NCBI RefSeq assembly: GCF_009914755.1
Contig: NC_060947.1
Origin: the human T2T-CHM13v2.0 reference genome, Homo sapiens
Direction: 5' to 3' (one strand)
Length of the DNA: 64,000 nucleotides
In this document: positions 14,587-27,142 of the stretch, piece by piece
Position numbering within the stretch: position 1 is the stretch's first letter
Layout: each line of letters opens with the position of its first letter
Notes under the pieces: generated by a model
Told to the model about the DNA's origin: nothing
The model's input: the letters and a program-made list of their open reading frames with translations, nothing else
Databases searched by the model: none
Program-made: the position numbers and the translations under genes

Positions 14587-15566
14587 TTTTATTTATACAT
14601 AATACTTGTACATATATATGGGTGTGATATTTTGATACATACATACAAGGTGTAATGATCAAATTAAAGTAATTGGAATATGCATCACTTCCAACATTTA
14701 GCATTTCTCTGTGGCAGGAACACTTCAAATCTTCAAATCTATTATTTCAGCTATTTTGAAATAAACAATAAATTATTGTTAACTATAGTCATTCTATTGT
14801 GCTATTAAACACTAGAACTTAATTCTTCTAACTGCATTTTCTGTATCCATTAACCAACATCTCTTTATCACACCCCCACCCTACCCTTCACAGATCCTGG
14901 TAACCACCATTCTACTCCCTACCTCCATGGGATCAATTATTTTAGCTCCCACATATGAGTAAGAACATAAAATATTTGTCTTTCTGTGCCTGGCTTATTT
15001 CACGTAACATAATGACTTGCAGTTCCATAACTGTTGTTGAAAATGACAGGATCTCATTCTTTTTATGGCTGAATAATATTCCATTGTGTATACCACATTG
15101 TTAAAATCCATTCATCCATTGATAAACACCTAGGATGATTCCATATCTTTGTTATTGTGAATAGTGCTGTAATAAACATGAAGGTGTTCCATTCATGTTG
15201 TTGTGAATGACAGAATCTCATTTTTTATGGCCAAATAGTACTCCATTGTATTTAAGTACATTTTCTTTATTCATTCATCTGTTGGTGGATATTTAAGTTA
15301 CTTCCAGAACTTGAATATTGTGAACAGCACTGCAACAAACATGGGTGTGCAGATATCTCTTCAATATACTGATTTCCTTTCTTTGGGGGTATATACCCAG
15401 CAGTGAGATTGCTGGATCATATGATAGTTCTATTTTCAGTTTTTTGAGGAACTTCTCTACCATATTCCATAGTGGCTGTACAAATCTACATTTTCACCAA
15501 CAGTGTACAGGCATTACCCTTTCTCTGCATTCTCACAAGCATCTGTTATTTTCTTTTTGATAAGAC
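14587..15566 (-). mobile_element. L1MA-type 3' UTR (antisense), composite of two overlapping pieces
   Basis: Contains tttttagctcccacatatgagt and gcctggcttatttcac. The segment gttcca...atgacag.atctcatt...aaacatg occurs twice (15021-15186 and 15186-15347). Confidence 0.85.
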
Positions 15567-16149
15567 CATAGAATATTTTTGAAGGGGTACCTAAGCACCT
15601 AAGATTAGACAAACACCAGATAAAATAGCATTTCTGCCTTGAAAAAGGTCACAGTCCAGTATAGGAGACAGACACATACTGCATACTACATGTTGGACAT
15701 GCATGAAAGTACTACCAAACAAACCTTAAACCAAGTGCTATGGGCACATGCTGGAGTACAGGAGCAATGAACTCTAAGCATTGGCAGGATCATGGAAGTC
15801 ATCAAGCCAAAGAAAGCATTAAAGATGGGTTTAGAAGGATGATGAGAGTTTTATCCTATAAAGGGTTGGGTGTCAGAATGGAGGGACTTGGGTGAATCAG
15901 GACCCAGAACCATTGCTATTGCTACAGAGGCTGGTGGGATGACTGCTTGGCTCTGTACTCTCAGCCAATGATGATGGAAAGCAGATTTAACCTACATTCC
16001 ACCCTTTTAAAATGCTTCTGTCTCTACTGCTTATTTTGGTTGTTAATTTAGTCATTTATTAATACTTACTGATACTTTTCTGAGTCACACTATATGTTCC
16101 TTACTGAAGAGAAATTGGTGATAAGTGAACAAAAAGCTAATAAAATCCA

Positions 16150-16463
16150 GGCTGGGCGCAGTGGCTCACACCTATAATCCCAGCAATTTAGGAGGCAGAG
16201 GCGGGTGGATTGTTTGAGTCCAGGAGTTTGAGACCAGCCTAGATAACATGGCAAAAACCTGTCTCTACAAAAAATACAAAAATTATCCGGGCATGGTGGT
16301 GCATGTGCCTGTAGTCTTAGCTACTCAGGGTGCTGAGGTGGGAGGATCTTTTGAGCCCAGGAAGTCAAGGCTGCAGTAAGCCATGCACTGCTGCACTCCA
16401 GCCTGGGCAACAGAGTAAGACTCTATCTCAGAAAAACAAAACAAATAAACAAACAAACAAAAA
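16150..16463 (+). mobile_element. AluJ-type SINE
   Basis: Dimeric Alu with J diagnostics (gaggtgggaggatc, gaagtcaaggctgcagt) and an (AAAC)n tail. Confidence 0.93.
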
Positions 16464-16659
16464 AGTTAAAATCCCAGTCACTGACCCCAAGGATCTCATA
16501 TAATAGAGGATGGACTTGAATAAAGGGAAAGACCCTATAAGCCTGGTGATTTGAGAAAAATAAGATAGATGCCTGTGGGAAACCAGTATTGGGGAGCATC
16601 TACTCCAGCCTTGGGGGTCATAGAAGTCTGCCTGCTTTCCAGAAGAGGTGATATCTAAT

Positions 16660-17330
16660 CTGACCACTTCTTACTGCCACCACTGCTACCATCTGGATCC
16701 TGTGAGTCCTGTCTGGTTTTCTCTCTTCTACCTTCATCACCCAGTAAGTTAATTCTCAATGCAGCAGGCAGAAGAATCTTATTAAACTGTGAGATCATGT
16801 TAGTTCTCTGCTTTAAACCCAGAAATGGTTTATCACCTTATACAGAGTAAAAGCCCCAATCCTTAGAATCTCACAGCCCTGCTTGATCTTAGCTGCCTGT
16901 TTCAAGTTCATCAACTACCAATCTTCTACATTAGATCCTAACTGTTCCTCCAACTCATACGTTGCATTAAGACTTTTGCAGTTGGCTGTTCCCTCTACCT
17001 GAAATGATCCTTACTCATATAGCTTTAAGAAGTTTTTACCTTGATTTCCTCATTTGCTACTAAAATGGCATTTTATCAAGTAAGGCCTTTCCTTATTCCT
17101 CCACTAAAGTCACAACTTTACCCCATATGCAATATTTCTAGTATATATTTAATATATAGTATGCATTGCTAACTTACTGTATTTAACTTTTTAAATATTT
17201 TGGAGGTATGTTTCTTCCTATACAGAATGTGAGCTCTGTGACAGATGTTTCTCTCTAGTTCACCATTGTATCCCTAGAGCCTGACACAGAGTAGGTATTC
17301 AGTAATTATCTTTCAAATGAATGAATGAAT
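16660..17330 (+). mobile_element. L2 LINE 3' portion
   Basis: Ends ...tgtatccctagagcctgacacagagtaggtattcagtaatt...atgaatgaatgaat, the typical L2 terminus. Confidence 0.75.
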
Positions 17331-17815
17331 TTGAGGCATGGTGGAGCTGGTGAAAATGGTCACGTATGAGACCACCAGAAAAAGCATCCCAAGCAATAGA
17401 AGCAGCATCTACAAAAGCCATAAGGTTGAAGAGAACACTGGGAGAACTACAGATAGTTTAGTTAGGCTATGACATTTTAATGTGAAAACAAGAGAAAGGA
17501 GCAATGAATTAGAAGCCAAATCTTGAATAGCATTGCAAACCAAACTAAGGAGTATAGTCGTCATCCTAAGGACAATGTTGAATCACTGAAAAGTTGTAAG
17601 CAAGGGAGAAGCAAGGTGAGATTGGCCCTTGGCAATACCTCTAACCCCTTGACTAGTTTACGTCTTTATCAAATGAGAGCATTACTTTTTAGTAGTCATG
17701 TCTATAAGTTAATTGTTGTGACTGGAAAAAACAAAATTATAGACTCAATTTCCTTACCTGTTAGAGGATAACAATGAGAATACTTACCTTATGAGGTTTT
17801 CATGAGCATTAAAAA

Positions 17816-17923
17816 CATGCTTATGGATAGAAAGAATCAATATCATGAAAATGGCCATACTGCCGAAAGTAATTTATAGATTCAGTGGTATCCCCATCAA
17901 GTTACCATTGACTTTCTTCACAG
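17816..17923 (+). mobile_element. Isolated ~108-bp internal L1PA ORF2 fragment
   Basis: Translates as [35 protein letters not shown], matching L1 ORF2p downstream of the RT core. Neither flank is L1. Confidence 0.9.
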
Positions 17924-18309
17924 TATTTCCTCTCCCCTGATCATCTCCCCCACCAATGAGTCTAACATCATGTAGGGTGAAGAACCAATGTTTAAAGACC
18001 TGTGCTGAACCACACGTGACCTTACTGAATTTTTTACAACAGACTTGAAATGTAAGTATTATGTACCCCATTTTACAGATGAGTAAACTAGGGCTTAAAG
18101 AGCTAATATGACTTATCCAATATCATTCAGATAGTGGATGTCAGAGCCAGAATCCTAACTCAGTTTTATCTGAGTTCAAAACCCTCCACATGCCTAACAT
18201 AAAGCCTTAGGAGCGCAGCTGGTGGAGGATTTAGGGGCCATGGAGAGTTACATGAAGCAGGCTTCATAGACTGTGTAAGAAGTTCCCTGCATCACAAAGT
18301 CTTCTTGGA

Positions 18310-18555
18310 AGCAATATAGCATAGTGACTGAGAAGATAGCTACAGAAGCCAATAATTTCCTGGGTTCAGTTCTTATCTCAGCCATTTTGTACTTACGTGG
18401 ACATGCTAATTAACTTGTTTCAGTCTTGTCAGCTCTTACAATTGGAATAATAATAATATCTACCTCACAGGCTTGTGATGAGAGTTAAATGACTTAATCT
18501 TTTTAATGGATTTTGAACAGTGTCTGGTGTAGAATAAGTGTCATATACATTTTTG
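18310..18555 (+). mobile_element. MIR SINE (near full length)
   Basis: tRNA-like head (agcatagtgactgag, tgggttcagttct), core ataataatatctacctcacagg and L2-like tail. Confidence 0.75.
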
Positions 18556-19261
18556 GAAAACAACTAAAATTAAAAATATATATTGCAAAGTCACCTCATA
18601 CCCTTGCTGTTGCTACTTATAAAAACATGGTTTTTATCAGTCTAAGCAATTTAAAACTGGAGAGATTCCATTTCAATACATACTGCCACAATAAAATATC
18701 AGATCTGGTGAGGTAACTAAAAAAGCAATGGCACTTGAGCAATCCCAAAATTTCCAAAAGCAGACAGGAAAAGTGGAAAGGCTCTACATGAGAGAGAAGG
18801 CAGAAAGCAGAAACACTGGTCTTGGAAAGATTCAAGTCTGACTCTGTCACTCAGATTAAAAAATGAGATTACTGAGATTACTTACCCCAAAGCCTTGGTT
18901 ATCAAAGGGAAGAAAGTGAGGTAAAATAATTGGAACCAGAAATAAAAACCATTCGCATTGTTTGTAACAACAATTGACCTTTGTATGAAGTTTTATAGCT
19001 CAAGAGTTACCTAGCATATAGTGAGCCCTAATTAAATGATAATTTCATTGTTGCTTTTGTTAATATTTCTTTGTCACTTTTACAGATGGGGGGAAATCTC
19101 AGAGATGTAGAGGAAGTTGTTCAAGGCCAAACAAGTATAAGCCAAACAAGTGGGTTGGGTAACAAAGGCTGGAAACCAGGCCACTCCAAATCTCCATTCT
19201 TTCCACCATACCATTTCCTTATGGTGTTTTAAAAGATGCTGAATTGATCCAAATGTAAAAC

Positions 19262-19555
19262 TGGTATTTCCAAAACTATAATATACTACACTATTTTCAT
19301 AGGTATTCTGTGAGAAATGAAATGTTTCCTTATGCAACTAAGCTTAGAAGAACTGGGTTAAACATTAAACATTTCTTTACAAAGAGGTTCCTCAGAGCCA
19401 TTAAAATGTGTTGGTTGTTCTAAGTCTCCACAGGAGGACTAGAAAAATCAGGCTTCTCCAGACATATTTGATTGCAGATCCTTCTGTTCATAGAACAACT
19501 TTTGACACTTTCCAAAATGCCAGTGTTCTACTGAGTGTGATTTAGGAAACATAGT
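19262..19555. mobile_element. Charlie4-like hAT DNA transposon relic
   Basis: Contains ctgggttaaacattaaacatttctttac and ctcagagccattaaaatgtg. A related, split copy lies at ~13793-13920 and ~14500-14590. Confidence 0.55.
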
Positions 19556-21844
19556 TCCAAATAAATGCCTTCAGATTTGCTGAGGGAAATTCTACCAGGC
19601 TTCTCCAAGAGAACAATCTCACTCGTCTACTAGTGGGCATGATGGGAGTGGGCAGGAAAAAAAGTGCCAGAAGCTTCAGAATTAGACTAGATCAATAAAT
19701 CCAAAGAAGGGTCAGGTCAATCAGGCTCAAAAACCGATGACCATTTGAGAAACTGAATCACCAGAGCCAACAAAGGGTGATCAGGAAATAATGCCAAGTC
19801 AAAACAAGTAGGGAATCCAAAATCCAGGGCAGTCGTGGGTAGCAGAGCTTAACAAGAGCAGGCCCCAGGATGCATCAGGAATGTTTCTGGAGCCAACACA
19901 AGCCAGCTTTATGTAATTGTTTTAATTCAGTTTTACAGTCAAGCTTGGTGGAAGCACAAGTGACTCAACTAAAAGGAACATCTGAGATTGAGGGAATATT
20001 GGCATTTGATTCCTGTAATGGGGAAAGTTCCAGAAACCTTTGACTGGTGGGTAATATAAGAACACAAAATGAAAAAACTGAACAGGTAGACTTATAAAAT
20101 TGCCTTACATAATATCTATAACATCTGAAATGCCATGTGCACAGTAAGTGTTTCAGTAACCCTGTGCCCATATAATCTATCAGCCAAATTTTTGGCTTCA
20201 GATAGTACAGGAAACAACTACAAATACTTCAGCCTCTTCTGCTATGGATTGGTTCAGGCCCACATGGTTTCTTACCTTGATGCCTAACTAATCTCCTTGC
20301 TGTCTACTTACCTCTCACAAATGTATGCATTATAATTCTACCAGGTTATGTTCATTCACCATAGCTCTGACTACATCATTTCCCTGTTTGTGTGTCTCCT
20401 CATTTCTCTCTGTTATTTTTCACATTTTACATGTATCTCCTTTATCCAGATATTGCCTTCTTTTAGGTCTCTTCTTATTTCATCCTCTCACAACTTTTAA
20501 CTCGAGTATATCTATTTGATTTGTGCCTTTGCTTAGGATGCCCCAAAGCCTGAGATGCCCCTACCTCATCCTAGACTGAATCACCTCTTGTAACTTGATA
20601 ACCTTGGTCATCTTTTAAGTGGTCTTCATGTCCTTCCTGAAACTTTTACTCATTACCCCTCCTCTCCCTTCTCCCACTCCCTCTGGGCTGAATTCCCTTA
20701 AATGTGGCCCCATATTACCCCATGCTTATCTTCATCTATGCACTTATCATACGGTATGGAATATGTTTTCTTTGTGTATCTGTTTCAATTACTATAATTT
20801 CTGCTTCACTAGACTGAGAGTAGGGACATAGGTTGATGGATGAGTGGCTTGAGCTGCAGCTGCAGGGAAGCTCTCTGTTCATCTCTCTTGGCACCAGCAG
20901 GTCCCTAGCCTATCATCACTTCATCTTAATTAAATCAACACACTGTACGCCTCAGAGACTATCAACTTTCTCTTTGTTAGAGGGAGAGAGGGTGATAAAT
21001 TTTGAAGTGAGTAGTAGAACACTATGTTCACCAGAATTCAAAGGAGGTTAGAGAAGGCAGGCTGGCCTAGCAGGGCTGCATCCAGAGACAGAAAAAATCA
21101 GAGTGAGGATACAGAAGTAGGTCTCTCAGGATGCTGTGTGTGGTAGAGAAGGTCACATTTCAGATCTACAGATCTGCTGGAATAAAGCTAAACCAATATG
21201 GCATGCATAGTGTAGGGATGGAGATAAGAGTGAATTTCAGGTACATCTGAAACATTCTATGGTGTCCCCCATTTCCCTGTTAGGTTAGGTAGGCTTGCTT
21301 CATGTAAATAACATTAGGTTGGCATCTACCTTTGGGACACTAGTCCTAACTATTTTAGACTTTTTTAGAAGGCTGGACCCTAAGAAGAGATTCTGCCTGC
21401 CCCTTTCAATGTGAAATGTGTCACATTTAGTCTTTAGGGTATTCACAGACTATTTGTTCCTCCCTTCCCAAACTCTAACTCGGTCTTTGCCCCACCCTAA
21501 TACTTACCTCCATCTTCTTCCACACCCTCAATTATTATAGAATAGTCTGAGACACAGCAAGTTTAGTTCACACTTCTGAGCATGCGAGGCCTTTCATAAT
21601 TCAGTCCAAGCTTCTCTGTCTAGCCTCATCTCCCATCACTCATTCCCTCCACACACCCTACCCTCCAGCTATACTGAACTTATCACTCTTCTCATAAAGC
21701 ACTAAGCCTTTTCATGCCTCTGCCAGGAATTCTGTTCCTTTCTTTCTCATATGAACTTGTACTCATCATTAAAAACTCAGCTTAAAGATGGGTTCCTCTG
21801 CCTCCAGTGTCTCCCCTTGCACTTCATCATGTAATGTAGGTCTG

Positions 21845-22141
21845 CAGTCTCCTATATGCCACCATGGGGACCAAAGTGTTTCAAAAGTTAGAGTGTTTGG
21901 GATTTTAGAAATGTAACATGCTGTCTTCATTGTTTATTATACAACTCTCCAACTGTGGCCTGGGAAACATCACATATTCAAACATTTTAATATTTCAGTG
22001 GCAAACATATGCAGAGTAACAGTAATTAGGATAAATAATCTTGCAACAGGTCAGATCAACTTTTGCTGCCAGATAAACTATTTTTCACTTTCAAAGAGCT
22101 TTTAAATGTTGTAATTGTGAATAAAGGAGTGTACACTAGTA
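21845..22141. mobile_element. MER46C-like TcMar-Tigger relic
   Basis: The phrases ggggaccaaagtgtttc, gattttagaaatgtaac, ttttgctgccag and taattgtgaataaaggag resemble the recalled consensus. Confidence 0.55.
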
Positions 22142-22194
22142 TTGCTGGATTAATTATACCATGACAAAATAGAGTTCATCCCACATATGCATGA

Positions 22195-22489
22195 TTTTTT
22201 GTTGTTGTTGTGACAGGGTTTCATCCTGTCACCCTGTGCAGTGTGGTGATCTCTGCTCACTGCAACCTCTGCCTCCAGGTTCAAGTGATTCTCCTGCCTC
22301 AGTCACCCCTGAGTAACTGAGACTTACAGACACAGGTTGCCACACTCAGCTATTTTTTTTTTGTACTTTTAGTAGAGACAGGGTTTCGCTATGTTGCACA
22401 GGCTAGTCTTGAACTCCTGGGCTCAAGCAATCTGCAAGCCTCAGCCTCTCAAATGCTGGGATTACAGGCATGAGCCACCATGCCTGACC
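22195..22489 (-). mobile_element. AluJ-type SINE (antisense)
   Basis: Contains gaactcctgggctcaagcaatc and gctgggattacaggcatgagccacc, with a T/(TTG)n tail on the left. Confidence 0.92.
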
Positions 22490-22539
22490 AAGGATGTTTT
22501 ATTATTAAGAAATTCATTATTAAAACATGACATATTAAG

Positions 22540-24130
22540 AGCTCAAATGAGAACAACTGTTTTATGTCTCAATAGTTAAAAAAAAAAAATTTGACAAACT
22601 CCAACATGCATTATTAACTTCTAAGAAAGGAAATATGTGGATCCATACCATATATATACTTGTATTATTCTTAATGTAGTAACACTAGAAGTAGTTCCAT
22701 CAAATGGAGCAAGACATGAATGCAGCTTATCTCTGTTATTATTTAATAGTGTTCTGAAGCACTAGCCAATGCAATTAGAGAAGAGAAAGTTGTAAATATT
22801 AGAAAATAATTGTTATTTGCTTTCCAGATATATATGCTTGTATACCCAATGATGATAAATTGCTAAAAACTCTTCAAAGCAATAAGATAATTCAGTAAGA
22901 TGGAGAGTTACAAATTTATTACATATAATCAATAGCTTTCCTATATACAATCAGATAGAAAATATAATAAAATAATATTTATAATGGCAACCAAAAGAGA
23001 TAAACTTTTCAGGAATAAACAAAACATATGCATAACCTATACAAAGAAAAAAAGGTACTTAAAATAAGCTATACATGAATGAAAATATATTGCTACATCA
23101 TCTCTAAAATTTTAATAACATTAAGAGTGATTTACTGATAAAGATGTTGGAGGAAATTTAGAAAAAAAATGCTACTACATTGTATGTGAAAATAGAAAAA
23201 TTCTGAACTAGAAGAGAGTAATATGATGATAGATATGAGCAGTGAGGGAGGGAGAACAGGATTTATATATGTATACATTAGGTAGGTCTGACTCCATCCT
23301 GTTCTCCCTCTCTCACTGCCGTATATCATATATATATATATACACACACACACATATATGATGCCATAAATATTAAATAAATATTAAACCAGTTTGGTAC
23401 TGGAAAAGAAACAGGAATCAATGTAACAAGAGAGTCCTGAAATATACCCAAATATTTTTGGAAATTTAGCATATTATAAAGGTCACATTTCTGATCAGTG
23501 GTGGAGTGTTTATTTGATCAATGGTTTGGAAAAACTGACTATTCAGAAAATAACACTCATCACTCACACTAAAATAAATCATAGATGTATCAAAGATATG
23601 AACATAAAAAGTCATAAAAATTATTTAAGGAAACATTTGTAATGTATTTATAATCTTGTAATGGTGAAGACCTTTCTAGCAAGACATAAAATCCAGAACC
23701 CATAAAAGAAACAATGAATATATTTCACCACATAAAAAAAATTTAAAAACCTCATTCTGTATAACAAGAAACAATCGAGAACCAAAGTTAAGAATACAAA
23801 TGATGAGCAAGGGAAATAGAAATGGTGAAGAAGGAAGCATATTCGCTGCTATGCATACCAGATAAATGGCTAATTCTTATAGTCTACAAAGAACTCATAC
23901 ATTAATAAGAAAATGGCAATCAATCACACAAAAAAAATGGATAAAAAGTAAGAACAGAAGATTTATGACAAAGATAATTTAAATGGTCAGCAAACATTGG
24001 AAAAGATGCTGTAATATGTATAATTGAAAACATGCACATTGAAAGAAGAAAATATTATTTTCATCTCCCATATTGATAAAAACAAAGAAGTTAATAATAT
24101 TCAGTGCTGGCAAGGGTATGAAGAAACATG
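22540..24130 (+). mobile_element. Ancient L1M/L1ME ORF2 relic
   Basis: A-rich, with decayed ORF2 phrases (ctagccaatgcaattagag, aatcaatagctttcctatatac, tttggtactgg, atattcagtgctggcaaggg). Confidence 0.75.
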
Positions 24131-24429
24131 TACCCTCCTGCCCCTGGAGCTTTTTAGAGTTGGGTAATCTCTTGTTAGGGAGGGCCACAGAGGTTTTATG
24201 TAAGAATGGAATCTATCATTTATCTAGAGTTTCATGATTTCCAGGTGTTCTTTTATTTGGTCATTATAACAATCACTATATCAACATGAGAAAACCGAGA
24301 TTCATAAAAATTGTAATGATTTATTCATATTAGCTAGTGAATGATAGAGACAAAATTTGAACTCATACCTTCCGACACTCAATCTAGAGGGTGCATCAGG
24401 TAGATATCTGCATGTCTTTCAAACCTAAA

Positions 24430-24945
24430 TCCATTCATTCAACAAGTTTGTACTGAGCATGTACTATATGTCAGGCACTATTTTAGGTACTGGGGATAGA
24501 ACAGTGACCAAAACAAATTATCTGCCTTCACAGGACCTACATTCTAGTAGAAGGAGAGAGACAATAAATAAATTAATATAAAGTATGTCAACTGGTGACA
24601 AATGTGATAAAGAAAAGTAAAGTGGAAAAAGATAAAAAGTACTAGTGGGGGTGATGTGTTTCAATATTAAGTAGAATGGTCAAAAAGATATAACCTGGAA
24701 AGCAACATTTGAGCAAATAACTGAAGGAAGTGAGGTAATGAGCCATGTGGATTTCTCAGGGAATGGCCTGACCCTTGCTGATGTGGGAGCATTTCTGATG
24801 TGTTTGAGGAACAGCAAGAAAACCAGTAGCTGAAGAGGAGTGAATAAGAGAGAAATAAGCTGGAGACATGGTCAGAGAGGTAAGGGGGTGAGGGAGGCAG
24901 ATAGTGTAGGACCTTTGGTTTTTGCTCTGAGTGAAATGTGAGATT
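24430..24945 (-). mobile_element. L2a LINE 3' portion (antisense)
   Basis: Begins cattcattcaacaagtttgtactgagcatgtactatatgtcaggcact, the reverse complement of the L2 tail. Confidence 0.85.
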
Positions 24946-25990
24946 GGCATGTCCTCCTAAGAGAATAGTTAGGCAGGAAGAATCACCATGTTGATTACCC
25001 TTGGGGTGTCTATGCAGTCACCAGAACCAACTATAACCTACCTTCTGACTAACCAGCGTGCCTCATCACCTATCTTTCAGCACTAGCTGGGCCTTGCCTT
25101 TCATGAACAGCCAGTTTGGCATTTTTTGTTCCCACTACCCAGAGCTCCCCACCTCATGAGACTGGAAGCAGTCTGCTTGGCAGGCAGAGTGGCTCAAGCA
25201 GATGGCAGCAATCTGATAGCATGCGGAGGATTCCAGATAAATTAGCTGATGAATGGAAAAGATGGTTGTTATCCTCATAAAGTGGGGGAACTTTATGAGG
25301 AAAGAGGTGCTAATCTTCATCCCAGCTGGTGTTCAATGGCTGAAGATGAAGATATTACTCTGGCCAGAGAGCCTTCAGTGTAGAGGAAAGAGAAAGCGAA
25401 TGTGTCCATTGCAGAGGCTGGGGTCTTTATGTGAGCATCTTGCTTTAAGGGAAGACTCACAGGATCAGAACAAAGAAACCCTTGGAGTCTGTGGGCATCA
25501 TTATCACTTGGGCACTATTAACATATATTTGCATTTCATTTGCATCTATCCACTTAGCAAGTCCCAGTATTGATGATGATTACTTGGTCTGAGATAAGAA
25601 CTGAACCCATTGCTTGGCAGAGTGAGAGTTAGCTTTTATTATTGCTGTTACTGCTTCTGTTGTTAGTGCTAAAAGTAAGCAGTAAGAAATTAAGAAAGCC
25701 TACAGATTTTCAAGTTTTGGTTTTTTTGTTTGTTTTATTTTATTTTTGTCTTTTGGCAGTGAAACTCTTTTTTGTGAAGTTACTATTATGATAAGCCCTA
25801 ATATATACTTTAAAACATAAAAGTAATATTTTATTATCACAAACTTATTTTGTAAGTTCAAATATATAACATTTATTTATTATAAAGTCAATGAGAATAA
25901 GGCTGCCTTGATGATGAAAAAAGTGAACATATAACAATTTGTTCATGTGTGGTGTTGTTATTACTATTTCTAATAACTGAATGAAAACAG

Positions 25991-26136
<146 letters not shown>

Positions 26137-26649
26137 TAATACAAACTAAGTATTTGTAAAGCTTTTGAAATATCTCTCTTGCAAATAAACTTTAAGAAAC
26201 ACAACTTGGAAACCACAGAAGTGGGACAAGACTTAAAACTGTACTTCTCACATCTTAGGGTTTTGGAGAAATACCCTCAGGGCATCTCTGGGATGTAGGC
26301 GGGTAATATTCTACTTCCAGTACTTCACCTTGCTTCAACCAAAGCAGTTTAACTTTTATCTACTTCATATGCTAGACTTTCACTAAAAGTTTTACTTGAT
26401 AGATACATTCAATCATTGTTAATAGCAGCATAGTATTCTATTGTGTTGGGGTAGAAAAATAATGTAGAGAGACTCTATTGTAAAACGAGATTCCTGTTCT
26501 TGAAAGAGTTTTTAAAAATACTGTTTTTGTCTATCACACTCATTATACAAATCAGGAATCTGAGTCTTATTTATGAGACAGGTCTGGCCTAAGGTCATAT
26601 AGTACTTCAGTGGCAGAACCTATATTAGAGCAGTCCTCTCCTCACAATT

Positions 26650-27142
26650 CTGCAAATGCTCCCATCTCACACAGAAAAAAAAGTCAAAATCCATCCCCTT
26701 TGTTTTCTCATTACTTCTCTGACACCTTCTCTTACTATTCTCTCCTTATATCTTGCCACTTTAGCCACATTGGCCTACTTGCTGTTCCTTGAAGTCAGTA
26801 GACATGCTCGTAACTTAGCTAGGAAAGCTCTGCCTCCACCTCTAGAACTCCTGATACCCTTTGCCCTGCTCTTCCCTACATTTTCCCATTTCCATGTAAT
26901 TTATCATCTCAAATTGTGCGATATACTTTATTTATTTTTTAGGGGTTACAGCTTATTGTCTTTCTCACTTCTTAGGGTACTAGTACTCTAGGTATGTTGA
27001 TACAGAAAATGAGCCTATCGCTGGGATACAAACTTCAGAAAGGCAGATATTTTTGTCTATTTTGCTCTCTTCTGTATTCTAAGCACCTAGAACAGTGCTT
27101 GGCACATAGTAGGTACTCTATAAGTATTTGTATTTGAATGAA
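26650..27142 (+). mobile_element. L2a LINE 3' portion, containing a ~46-bp foreign insert
   Basis: Contains gccacattggcctacttgctgttccttgaa and cacctagaacagtgcttggcacatagtaggtactc. Confidence 0.82.
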
